Origin: Marsupella aquatica
Lineage: Eukaryota > Plantae > Marchantiophyta
Length of the DNA stretch: 64,000 nt
Direction: 5' to 3'
Assembly: GCA_973895155.1 (NCBI GenBank)
Contig: OZ316894.1
Coordinates: 25,108,709-25,172,708 of the forward strand
Positions within the stretch are counted from its first letter, which is position 1, and every line of letters begins with the position of its first letter. The position numbers were made by a program, and so were the translations under genes. The notes under the pieces are model-generated. The model searched no databases and was not told the origin of the DNA. It was given only the letters and a program-made list of their open reading frames with translations. Below are positions 12,445-23,114 of this stretch, piece after piece.

Positions 12445-13026
12445 ATGGCCTGCATTCGCGTAGGTACTGCACCTGCATTGGTGTTGAGGTGGGGTTCTTG
12501 CTGGTCATCATCCGATAGCAGTAGCAGCAGTGCTTCTTCACAGGTAGCATCCATTTACACAGGTCGATTTCTTCGCGCCTGCTCGAGAGTGAGCTTCGCA
12601 AATGGCGCATTTCAAGACAGTGTTGGAATCCTTGTACTGAGACGGACGAGGAGACGTGCATCATCTGACGAGAGGACTAACGAGGGAGTGTTTCTGCCCG
12701 ATTTGGCAGTGCCAAAGGCTTGGGTGGTGCCAGAGGTAGCAGCTCAGGAGTCGGAATGGCTCAGAGGAGCACTGCACCAGTGGTTGGATGATGAGTTCTG
12801 TCCGGAGCCTGCCAACGAGGAGATTAGCAAGCGCTGCTCGAAGGTTTATTATTATTGTCTGTTAGAGGAGCAGCTGGATGTCGGGGATATCTTGATGCAG
12901 ATGGTAAGGGACTTGGAGACGTTTTCTTTTAAGCAGAGCTTTCATGGGGCTTTTTCGTCAGCCAATGCTGCCATTGACCTAATCACGAGACGGATGAGAG
13001 CAAGTGAGCAAGCCAGCTCCAATTAG
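12445..13026 (+). CDS. Conserved protein of unknown function, probably plastid-targeted, resembling a small cyanobacterial/plant family (WLDDEFCPE...SFHGAFSSANA)
   Basis: Intronless ORF from ATG 12445 with a Ser/Arg-rich transit-peptide-like N-terminus and a well-formed C-terminal domain (ESEWLRGALHQWLDDEFCPEPANEEISKR...DVGDILMQMVRDLETFSFKQSFHGAFSSANAAIDLI). Family resemblance is from memory, not searched. Candidate 5' UTR acceptor at 12417. Confidence 0.8.
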   Translation: MACIRVGTAPALVLRWGSCWSSSDSSSSSASSQVASIYTGRFLRACSRVSFANGAFQDSVGILVLRRTRRRASSDERTNEGVFLPDLAVPKAWVVPEVAAQESEWLRGALHQWLDDEFCPEPANEEISKRCSKVYYYCLLEEQLDVGDILMQMVRDLETFSFKQSFHGAFSSANAAIDLITRRMRASEQASSN

Positions 13027-14546
13027 CTTCTCATTTGTCGTGAATAAAGTATATCAATGTTTCTCTCTCAGTTGAAGTAACGGCTTGTTGCTTGTTGCTT
13101 GTGCTACGATTGGACAAACAAACAAGCTTGAGTTGGAATCCGTTTGCAATGGCTCCTCTCTCGCTCCATAGCCAGCAAAATATAGCTCACATGAAATGTC
13201 TCACCATAGCTACCAGAACTTTTTCGTCTCACGACTCGAAGCTGGCTACAGTGGTTAGGCTTTGGTAAATTGGTCTTATTCTTTGTCCTATCTTAAACTT
13301 GTACTGATTATGAAAACAATTGAAGTGTGGGGTGTTTCGTTCTTTGTTGTCCCGTGTTAAACTTGTGTTGGTCGTTACAACAGCTGGACTTGAGATGTTT
13401 CATTCCTTGGAGCTAGTAAAGTTTTCAGCTAAACTTGAGGTAGAACATTTGATTACGCAAAATTGTCTTTTACACTGGGGATTGGCTGATGTCGGCTTTA
13501 GAATACAAAAATGAAGATTTGGTAAACAATTTTGTTTGTTGCCTTTACTCCTTTTGGGCAATTCTCCAGGCTTCATGGAAAAGAAAATGATGCAAAATGA
13601 TGCAAATCCTTGAGTACAACACGCAAAACATATAGTCTAGGAGCTTGTTGGTTCTTCCGCTTAGAAGATTTAGAATGCTAGCCTCAACCTTGTGAAAAAT
13701 TTAGAAGGGGCAGAGGTCTCCCATCATTTAGAAGCAAAACATCTCTGTCCCACTAATGTCTTCTTCCTATGAGAGGCTAACTTATGCCATGAGCTTCAAT
13801 AGAGGGTGTCAAAGCTAGGCAAGCCTAGGCTCCTCAATAAGTGCCCCTTTGTCAACTGGCAGGTGTGGCTCTTTGGCTTGGATAGCTAAGAGCTATCCAA
13901 GCTATCCAAGCACATGTGATTCAGGTTTGGATTGTGTGCCATGCATCTCCAGTTGTGCTCTTTCCAATTTGGCTGCAATTTTTTGACCTGTCTAGAGGAC
14001 CCCTGTTGCCATTGTGTGTGGCACATCTGATGGAATTTCCAAAAGCTCCTTTAAATTGCTTCCTCCTTGCCCTCCAGAGTTTTGTGAGGCTCCATGAACA
14101 GTTTGCTAAATTACTTTTGCAAGCTGCCACTGACATTCATGCATGGGCAAGTTTATTGGGAGCATTGTTATATCCATTTTAGTGAATTCTCAATGACATT
14201 CCAAGGGTCAAGCGTGCACTATCCATCAGAGGGACATTAAGAGGATGTTTTAAAGTCCACGCTTCTTTGTTTGGTCTGTGGGGGAAAATGGAAAACCTGA
14301 ATATATATTTTTTATCCTTAGTGCTTTTTAATTCTCCATTTTTTCTGTTGAAAACTGCCAAATAACTTCCGATTGCCTTATCAGAGGGACAATTTCTGGA
14401 GATATCGCAAACCGTTGGGTTATGTTTTCCAGACAGTTGTTTCTATTCATACATATGGGTTTGGAAATTCTACGCATTTCATTAATTGATTTCCAATCGA
14501 TTGTCAAATTGGGGCTTAGTCTTATTGAATCTCTATCCTTTCCTAC

Positions 14547-14869
14547 TGTAGAGGTTAATTCAGTCTTGGGTTGAACTATGGTTAGTATGTTAACTAGGGT
14601 TAGAATAAACCCTAGTTGAAGAGTTGGTCCTTATCTCTTCAATTTCTATGTGGTGTGAAAACACACAAGAGAGTTCTCAAGAGAGAACACAGTGATATAG
14701 CAAGAGATGAGAGCTTGAAGAGATGGGAGCTATGGTGATGCTTGAGTAGACACATAACCGTTAATAAAACTTGGTCTTCCCGTGGACGTAGCCAACCTTG
14801 AGGCGAACCACGTAACTATTGAGCACGTGTATGTTTGGAGTGTATTTCCTGATCTGATTTCTCCCCACA
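14547..14869 (+). repeat. 5' LTR of copia element (323 bp)
   Basis: TGTAGAGG...CCCCACA; matches 21069-21374. Confidence 0.95.
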
Positions 14870-14871
14870 AT

Positions 14872-14883
14872 TGGTATCAGAGC
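14872..14883 (+). promoter_or_regulatory. Primer-binding site complementary to the 3' end of initiator tRNA-Met
   Basis: TGGTATCAGAGC two nucleotides after the LTR end; this is the canonical plant PBS. Confidence 0.93.
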
Positions 14884-17800
14884 TCAGATTTTTTCAGTCG
14901 ATTAGGAACTCCATAGAACTTGCTTCAAGCAAAGCGAACAGCGGATGATTTCCTCTTCGAAACGGAGCTATTGAAAGAAGATCGGACTCAATCTTCTCAC
15001 AGGTGTGGAGCACACAACCAGGGGCTCATTTCAGTGAAGCAATGAAGGCCTGAGATCAGAAATGGAAACAATTGTAAGTGACGGTTTTCAATTTACATTA
15101 TAGGGCAAGAGATAAGGTCAATTTCTCAGATCAGTCTTTTTGATTGTTCTATCGGGACTTGAAGCTGAGATACGCTTGAGCGCCTTGTCTTTCTAGACGT
15201 TTCGATATCAACATCGTTGAATTCCGTCAAACGGTTGAGAAGCAATCTTAATTTCAATTCTCATTTTTTGAGTTCGAAATTTTGGCTATGGCGGATAACT
15301 TAATATCAGTCACTTTCACCGAATTTTTTCTCCCTCATTACTCCACCGTTTTGCGAGTTCTTTATATCAATCTTGATGCCCTCGAAGTCTAGTTTCTGAA
15401 TCTGAAATCAGAATTGGATTTCGTCAAAAACTGAGATGAGAATTTGAGTGAATCCGCCGAGGGGTACTTTCTGCCGCGAATAGTCGCGACTTTCGCGGAC
15501 GCGCGAGGAGGTCGAAAACTTCGAGGAGGCCTTTTAGGGCTCGACAGGGCTCGGGCAGGGGGAAGTGCCCCCTGTGAAGTCCCCCACAGGGGCTGTACAA
15601 GGGCGGACAGAATTTTCCGAAAAGATTCTTTTTCCAGAGACTTAAATTTTTACTGAAGGTCAAAAATTCCAAGCGGCAAATAAAATCGGATCAACTTCAA
15701 CTTTTGGAGAGGCATACTTGGGGAAGCTAGGCAAGTATTGGTGCGTTCAATTCTGAAAAAATATACTAGTGGAATCTTTGGATAAGAGATTCCCTCGAGG
15801 GGTAATTATTTCATCTTTTATCCCCTCTGGTCGGAGTAAAAATTCTCGGCACTCAAGAGTCCATTTGACAAACCGTTTTCAGAATTTGGAGCGTTATCTT
15901 GTGGGCTACACATAGAAGTGATCAGTTTCAAAATTCACCAACTTTCATTTTTGGCCATATTTTCACACCCCACATCTGAGCATTCGACGTTTAATTCTTG
16001 TCGGAAGACGACTCCACACTACATTTGGCATTCCAGCGATGGCGACTACTAGGATTGGAGGTCAAAAGTTTGAGGTGGAAAAATTTGATGGTCAGATGGA
16101 CTATACAATGTGGGAACGTAACGTGAGGGATGCACTTAGGGCGATGGGCCTAGGCAAGGTACTAAGATCTCAACCCAAGGAGATGGAAGATAATGATTGG
16201 CATGATCTCCAGGATCAAGCGGTAAGTATTGTTGGCATGTACCTGAAAAACAATGTGAAGAAGCAGTTTGAGGAAAAAGTAACACAAACGGTGACGGACT
16301 TGTTTCAAGCATTGCGCAACAAGTACTACAAGAAGGAGATGTCAAACCGAATGTATGCAAGCTTGAAGCTCATGCAATTCAAAATGGCTGATGGAGTCAA
16401 GATTCAAGATCATATCGATCAGTTCAATGATCTTGTGGTTGACCTAGAGAATTTGGGGGAGCATTTGAGCGAAGAAAAGAAAGCCTTACAACTCTTGAGC
16501 TCACAACCACCTTGGTACCAATCTTTGTCTCGAGTTCTTTTATTCCGTGATAAGACAACTATATCCTACAATGATGTGGTGAGTGCCCTGTTGACTGATG
16601 ACATGCAGTCTAAGCTGGTTTCTTCAGCTCATCCTACCTCAACCTCATCATCAACAGCACTGTTGGTAGAAAGAGGCAAATCAAGGGAGCCATCTCATGA
16701 AAACAAAAGGTTTAACCCACTTCCCATGGAGCGAGGAAGGTTCCACGACCGATCTTTTGGTAGGAGGAGGTTTAGATCCAGATCTAGATCTCGATCCAAA
16801 TCACCATCCAGGTCTACTCGTGAGATAAAGTGTTGGAAGTGTGACAAAGTGGGCCACGTGAAGAAGGATTGTCGCGTCAAAGACACATTCAAGGAAGAAT
16901 CCCGATTCTTCAGCCCAAGTAGTTGTTCGAGAAGAGGATAGTGAAGGATTTGCATTGTGTACCACTTCCCAAGTTGAGGATTGTCAATGGATTTTGGATT
17001 CCGCTTGCTCGTATCACATGTGTTATATGCGTGAATTTTTCTCATCCTACACTCCTATCAACGGATCTGTTTTGATGGGAAATAATCATTCTTGCAAAGT
17101 TTTAGGGATTGGATCCGTAAAGATTCAACTACCCGGTGGCAAGTACTGTACTCTATCAAATATCAGACACATTCCAGAAATGTGTAAGAATTTGATTTTT
17201 CTTGGCTACTTGGATGCGAAGGGTTATCACTGGAGTGCAACTGATGGGGTGTTAACAGTCACGCATGGATCAACTGAAGTTCTTATTGGCAAGAGGAAAA
17301 GAAACATCTATGTCTTGGAAGGCACCACACTTCTTGCCGAAGTCAATTTGGTCACATCTCAAGAGGAGAAAATCAATTTATGGCATGCTCGGCTTGGTCA
17401 CATGAGTGAAAAAAGTTTGGAAATCCTACACAAGCGACATCTCCTACCAGGATTGCAAGCATGCAAGTTGAGTTTTTATGATCTTTGCATTGTCGGCAAG
17501 AAAACAAGAACTCCATTTCCGACTGCCATTCATCATTCTAAAGTTGTACTTGAGTATATTCATTCCGATGTGTGGGATCCTGCTCCGGTTTCCTCACATT
17601 CAGACAAACAATACTATGTATCGTTTATCGATGATTACTCAAGGTTTGTTTGGATTTATTTCATTGCCCATAAGTTTGAAGTGCTTTCCATCTTCAAACA
17701 ATGGGTAGCTCAAGTTGAGACACAGACTGCAAAGAATGTGAGATATCTACGATCAAATAATGGTGGTGAATACAGCTCTGGCGAGTTCAACACGTATTGC

Positions 17801-18959
17801 GCAAATAAGGGAATTACTCACCATCTCACAACTGTGTACACTCCTGAGCAAAATGGTGTTATTGAGCGACTCAACTGCACATTGTTGGAGCGAGCAAGGA
17901 GCATGTTGAGCCACTCTAAATTGCCACAAATCTTTTGGGCGGAAGCTGTCAACATAGTTGCTTATCTAGTAAATCTCTCTCCTAGTCGGGCAATTACTTA
18001 CAAAACTCGCTTTGAGCTATGGCACAATCGACCTGCTCATTATTCAAAGCTTAGGGTTTTTGGCTGTGAAGCATATGCACATGTTCCTAGCAACAATAGG
18101 ACTAAGCTAGATCCTAGAGCCCATAAATGTATTTTTCTTGGTTATCAGCGTGAAGTTAAAGGTTATCGGTTGTGGGATCCAGTTGATTGCAAGTTACTTG
18201 TTAGTCGGGATGTATCCTTCAATGAAGAAAAATCATTGAAGGAGGGGGAGATAGATCAATTTCCTACTACTAACAAAGAGCAATCTTCTCCTCTAGAGGA
18301 TGTAAGGGGAAAGGATGTGTCAGATAAAGAATATGTTGATACCACTGTAAGGCAAAGCACACTACAATCAGATCAGCCAGAGTCTTCAGTGCGAAGAGGA
18401 ACTCGCAAACGTCAAGCCTGGGAAAGGTATGAAACTTGGCTTCCTTCTGATCAAGTGGATTTGGATGAAGAATCTATTGATGCATTGGTGACAGAAGATG
18501 GAGATCCATCCTCATTTCGAGAGGTCCTAGCTTCTATGGAGAAGCAACAGTGGCAGGCAACGATGCGCATGGAAATGAAATCACTTCATGATAACAAGAC
18601 TTGGGAACTCACAAGTCTACCTAGTGACAAGCAGGCTGTTGATAGCAAGTGGGTGTATAGGAAGAAAGATGGACCCACGGAGGATGCTGAAAAGATATTT
18701 AAGGCTCGGTTGGTAGCCAAGGGTTTTACTCAACAAAAAGGTATAGACTACAATGAGGTTTTTTCACCTGTAGCAAAGTATTCAACAATACGTTTGCTAT
18801 GTGCTCTTGTAGTTTTATTTGATCTGGTTTTAGATCAAATGGATGTTGTCATTGCATTCTTATATGGATCGTTGGATGAGTTGATTTACATGAGGCAACC
18901 AAAGGGTTTTGTGCAAAATGTTGGGTATTTACTCTTACGTCTAGGTTAGGTATGACGTG

Positions 18960-19446
18960 GGTTGGTACAACAACATGGTTAGGTACAACAATGTGGTTAG
19001 GTACAACTACGTGATTAGGTACAACAATGTGGTTAGGTACAACCTCGGGGGGGTCACTATATGGAGGGTCATACATCGCGTGCGACGTTTTAGGGTTTGA
19101 CCCCCCTAACTTTAAAGTGAAAAATATTTTTTTGCAAAGCCCTTTCTTTCTTAAAATTTTGTCATTTTTTATTAAAAAACCCCTAAAAACTTTATAGAAA
19201 GTATTTTTTGCAATTAAATAGGCCTATGTGTTCTTTAAAGTCGACCAATCAATAAAACATGCCCTATGTGTTCTTCCACCAAACTTTGGAAGTCTTCCGC
19301 CACACCCATTTAAATGGGCCTATACTTCGTCGCACGTGATGTGTCACTTCCGTGGAAGTGACCCCCCCGAGGGTACAACTACGTGATTAGGTACAACAAT
19401 GTGGTTAGATACAACTACGTGATTAGGTACAACAATGTGGTTAGGT
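18960..19446 (+). repeat. 18-bp tandem repeat (GGTACAACAATGTGGTTA / GGTACAACTACGTGATTA) in the solo LTR, split by a MITE
   Basis: About 8-9 units at ~18964-19043 and 19372-19446. Confidence 0.85.
19044..19371. mobile_element. hAT-type MITE (328 bp)
   Basis: TIRs CTCGGGGGGGTCAC...GTGACCCCCCCGAG, subterminal inverted CATCGCGTGCGACG/CGTCGCACGTGATG, AT-rich core and 8-bp TSD GGTACAAC (19036-19043, 19372-19379). Confidence 0.9.
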
Positions 19447-21068
19447 TAACTAAGTTGCACACTATATCATAAGAGGTACGTGTGCTTGGAGAGGTAGAAC
19501 CAAGGCTCATTGTTATGGAGCCACTTGAGAGATAGGGAGAGCTTACACTATGGAGACTCGGTATAGCCGACGGGCTTAGAGTTCAGTAAAGCTCTCTTGT
19601 GTGTTCCCGTGGACGTAGCCTCAAGGAGGTGAACCACGTATCTCTTGTGTCGACTACTTGCATGTTGGATATGTCATGTGCTTACCGTTGCGATTATCGT
19701 CTATACTCAACACAAAAGGGCAAGGAAAATTTGGTATGCAGGTTGCTAAAATTCTTGTATGGATTAAAGCAGAGCCCAAGGCAGTGGAACAAGCGTTTTG
19801 ATGAATTTTTTAAATCACTTGGATTTGTGCGAAGCGTGTACGATCCATGTGTTTACATAAGGCGGGTGAACAACACAGGTTTTAAGCTTGTCATCCTTGT
19901 ACTTTATGTGGATGACATGCTCATTGCAACACAAGATAGGGGGCGAAGTTGATAAGCTTAAGGCCCAACTCAGTTCTGAGTTTAAGATGAAGGATTTGGG
20001 CACAGCCAAGAGAATCCTAGGCATGGAGATTGTCAGGGATGTTAACAAAGCCAAACTTTGGCTGACGCAGAAAAGATATGCAGAGAAGGTACTCTCAAAA
20101 TTCAACATGGCAGATGCTAAGGCTGTGAGTGTTCCTTTGGCAAGGCATTTCAATATTTCTGCAGCATTTTGTCCATCGGATGCGACAGAAAAAAGTTTGA
20201 TGTCCAAAGTTCCTTATGAAAGTGCTGTGGGTAGTTTAATGTATCTCATGGTATGCACCCGATCAGACATAGCTTACGCCGTTAGCAAGGTAAGCAGATA
20301 CATGGCAAATCCAGGAAAAGTTCATTGGGAAGTAGTGAAATGGATTTTGCGCTACATCAGAGGTTCCACTAAGAAGGGTTTATTGTTTGATGCAAGTTCA
20401 AACAATATGAAAGTGCTTCAAGGTTATGTGGATGCAGACTACGCAGGTGATCTGGATAAGAGGAGATCGACAACTAGATATGTATTTACACTTGCTGGTG
20501 GATGTATTAGTTGGAAGTCTACTCTCCAAAAGTGTGTTGCAAAGTCTACTATGGATGCCGAGTATGTAGCAGCAGCAGAAGCAGCATCAGAGACCACTTG
20601 GTTGAAAAAGCTTGTCACGGAGATGGGTTTATCACAGGAGTGTGTATATCTTCATTGTGAAAATCAAAGTGCAATTTACACTGCCAAGAATCAGGTGATG
20701 GATGGCAGGGTAAAGCACATTGATGTCCGCTATCATTTCATCTGACAGGCATTATCGGATGATGAATTTGAGCTTGTCAAGATTGATGGAAAGCTTAATC
20801 CAGCGGATGCTTTTACCAAAGTATTAGACTCCAATAGTTTTTCAAGGCATTGTAATTATTTACAAATATTGTAAATATAGAGTTAACCAAGAAAATGTCT
20901 CTATATGAGTACTCCATCCGATGGCTTATCGGCTACGGCTTAGTTCTAGTTAACCCTTGTATTAGGGGGAGAGTCTTTTGGCCCTACTGTCTTGAACTTC
21001 CCGCGGAGGAACTTGTAAGGAAAAGACAATGTTATGAACCCTCCCAAGACGTGAGTCAAAAGGGAGTT

Positions 21069-21374
21069 TGTAGAGGTTAACTCAGTCTTGGGTTGAACTA
21101 TGGTTAGTATGTTAACTAGGGTTAGAGTAAACCCTAGTTGAAGAGTTGGTCCTTATCTCTTCAACTTCTATGTGGTGTGAGAACACACAAGAGAGTTCTC
21201 AAGAGAAAACACAGTGATATAGCAAGAGATGGGAGCTATGGTGATGCTTGAGTAGATACATAACCGTTAATAAAGCTTGGTCTTCCCGTGGACGTAGCCA
21301 CCTTGAGGCGAACCACATAACTATTGAGCACGTATATGTTTGGAGTGTATTTTCTGATCTGATTTCTCCCCACA
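21069..21374 (+). repeat. 3' LTR of copia element (306 bp)
   Basis: Differs from the 5' LTR by 10 substitutions plus 16-bp and 1-bp indels (manual count). Confidence 0.95.
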
Positions 21375-21379
21375 CCTAC

Positions 21380-21752
21380 CACTTCTAGCCTTGTTCCTTC
21401 ATGATTTTTTGTGGTTTATGGAGTTCAATGACAGATATTCCTATCGGCTAAAGTTTATAGAGATTTTTTCCAAATTTCACTATCATTTCCCAAATTATGA
21501 AATATTCACTAAAATTTACATTCAAGTTAATTTTCTGGCAAAATTAAACAGCGCCTCTTATTGAATCTCTGTCCTTTCCTACCACTTCCAGCCTTGTTTC
21601 TTCATGATTTTTTGTGGATGGAGTTCAATGACAGATATTCCTATCCCCTAAAGTTTATAGAGATTTTTTCCAAATTTCACTATCATTTCCCAAATTATGA
21701 AATATTCACTAAAATTTACATTCAAGTTAATTTTCTGGTGAAATTAAACAGC
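21380..21752 (+). repeat. ~197-bp tandem duplication whose first unit is interrupted by the copia
   Basis: 14521-14546 joined to 21380-21552 matches 21557-21752 (CTTATTGAATCTCT.TCCTTTCCTAC|CACTTC...AAATTAAACAGC). Confidence 0.9.
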
Positions 21753-23114
21753 ACTGCGGTGCTGTACAGTAGAACCTCTGTTTCTTGGATGATTTTTATC
21801 CTCGAACAATTTGGAAACGAAATTAAAAAAATATTAAGAGATGCGAGTACCTACAGTATTTTGGAGCATATTTCCGATTGTTCCCAGGTCGCCAACTTGT
21901 CCTTGCCTGGGGCGGAAAGAAAAAAGACGTAACGATGACCGGACTAGGAGTAAACCGAGTTCGTGGCTCTCTGTGAACTTCAATGGCTGATGACACTCCC
22001 TCTATGTGTGGTCAGTTTTCCAACTTTCTCACGACGGCGTGTACCTCAGATCGAACGGCAGTCATGACAGGAAGAATCTACAGTCAGTGCAAACCCCCGA
22101 ACTGGACGCAGGTTTCGCATCCATCAGGAACGGGGCACCGTTGTACAAAGAACGGCCCTCGCACCGCCCGCCGTCTTGTCTCGCCCCTCGCTGTCTGTGG
22201 TCAGCGTTCCTCCTTCATTCGCGTCAGAAATTATCCAGTCCATCGTCCCGGATCGACGGCAATCACGAGGAGATAATAGTCTATATGGAGATCTCGACCG
22301 TCGCTTCTGATCCTATCCACCGCAGCCGAATTAGAGAGAGGAGCCACAGTGCGAGGACGTCTGGCCGGTCACCGAGGGTCGACTTTAACCCATCTCGGAA
22401 TCTGGAATCTGGAATCGACGGCTTTGAACCGGATTGTATCGGACAAAGAGAGATCCGGGCCGTCCGTGGATTCTCTTCCCGGTAACTGCAGTCAGAGGAG
22501 GAAGTGCGTCGCTTTGGCGCCCACTATCTCTTTCTCATGCTGTTGATTTGAGTCGTTGCAAAGCAAAGCAAAAAGGAAAACAAAGCTAAAGCAAAGAAAA
22601 GCAAAGCAAAGAGAGAGAGGAGAGTACTGTAGTGTTGTGAGTCATCATTATCTCCGAGAGACAGAGAGAGGGAGAGAGAGGCGGAGGGCCTCAAAGGCAC
22701 AGGAGAGGAGGAAGAAGCTATCTTCGCATTTCCACAACCTCTCGTTTGCTGCGCTCGGGGCCCGTGTCTGCCGCACATTTCTTCTGCGAGAGAGAGAGAG
22801 AGCTTGCGGTGTGTGCTTTGCGTGCCGGTCGGTGAGATTTCGCACTCAATTATGTGCTGTTTTAGTCAGCTCGTGGCCTGAGCGATCAGTCCAGGATTAA
22901 CTCCGTGTGGAAGGGGATTGGCTGTTTCGTGCTCGCGGTGTTCGTTTGTCGGTGAAATCGTGATTGGGTGTGCCGTTTCCGATTCGGGGCTGAATTGTGT
23001 CTAGTTCTGACTCCTCGGCTGGACCGGTTTTTCCCGAATTTGCTGCAGGGGCGACTGAGAAAGAGGAGGAGGGAGAATCTGTGAGATTGTGAGTTTGTGA
23101 AATTACTAGTAGCC

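Larger units (their letters stand above)
18919..19712 (+). mobile_element. Solo LTR of a second retrotransposon family nested in the copia RT
   Basis: TGTTGGG...CTCAACA termini and TSD CAAAA (18914-18918, 19713-19717). Excising it restores GFVQKGKENLVCRL. A homolog lies at 55513-55863. Confidence 0.93.
16039..20874 (+). pseudogene. Copia gag-pol polyprotein, disrupted
   Basis: Gag FEVEKFDG...CWKCDKVGHVKKDC; protease WILDSACSYH; integrase LWHARLGH...HSDVW...YTPEQNGVIER; RT FKARLVAKGFTQ...LYGLKQSPRQW...LYVDDMLI; RNase H GYVDADYAGD...KHIDVRYHF. Lesions: frameshift at ~16870-16940, 794-bp insertion at 18919, frameshift at ~19940 and a premature TGA at 20743. Confidence 0.95.
14547..21374 (+). 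mobile_element. Full-length Ty1/copia LTR retrotransposon (decayed)
   Basis: Two TG...CA LTRs, 5-bp TSD CCTAC (14542-14546 and 21375-21379), PBS TGGTATCAGAGC, polypurine tract AAAAGGGAG before the 3' LTR, and domain order gag-PR-IN-RT-RH. Confidence 0.97.

Noticed and set aside
13580-14200. Possible LINE or gene fragment
   Set aside because: Only short ORFs without diagnostic motifs; the call cannot be supported.
16860-16960. Programmed gag-pol frameshift
   Set aside because: Most plant copia elements have a single ORF, no slippery site is evident, and the element carries many other lesions (SNNGGEY, YDLC, CENQSAI, a stop and a second frameshift). A decay indel is more likely.
18960-19446. 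CRISPR-like short repeats
   Set aside because: The units are contiguous 18-mers with no unique spacers, lie inside an LTR in a eukaryotic genome, and have no cas genes nearby.
22600-22640. miR529/miR156-like GAGAGAGAGTAC sequence
   Set aside because: It is part of a GA microsatellite with no complementary hairpin arm.
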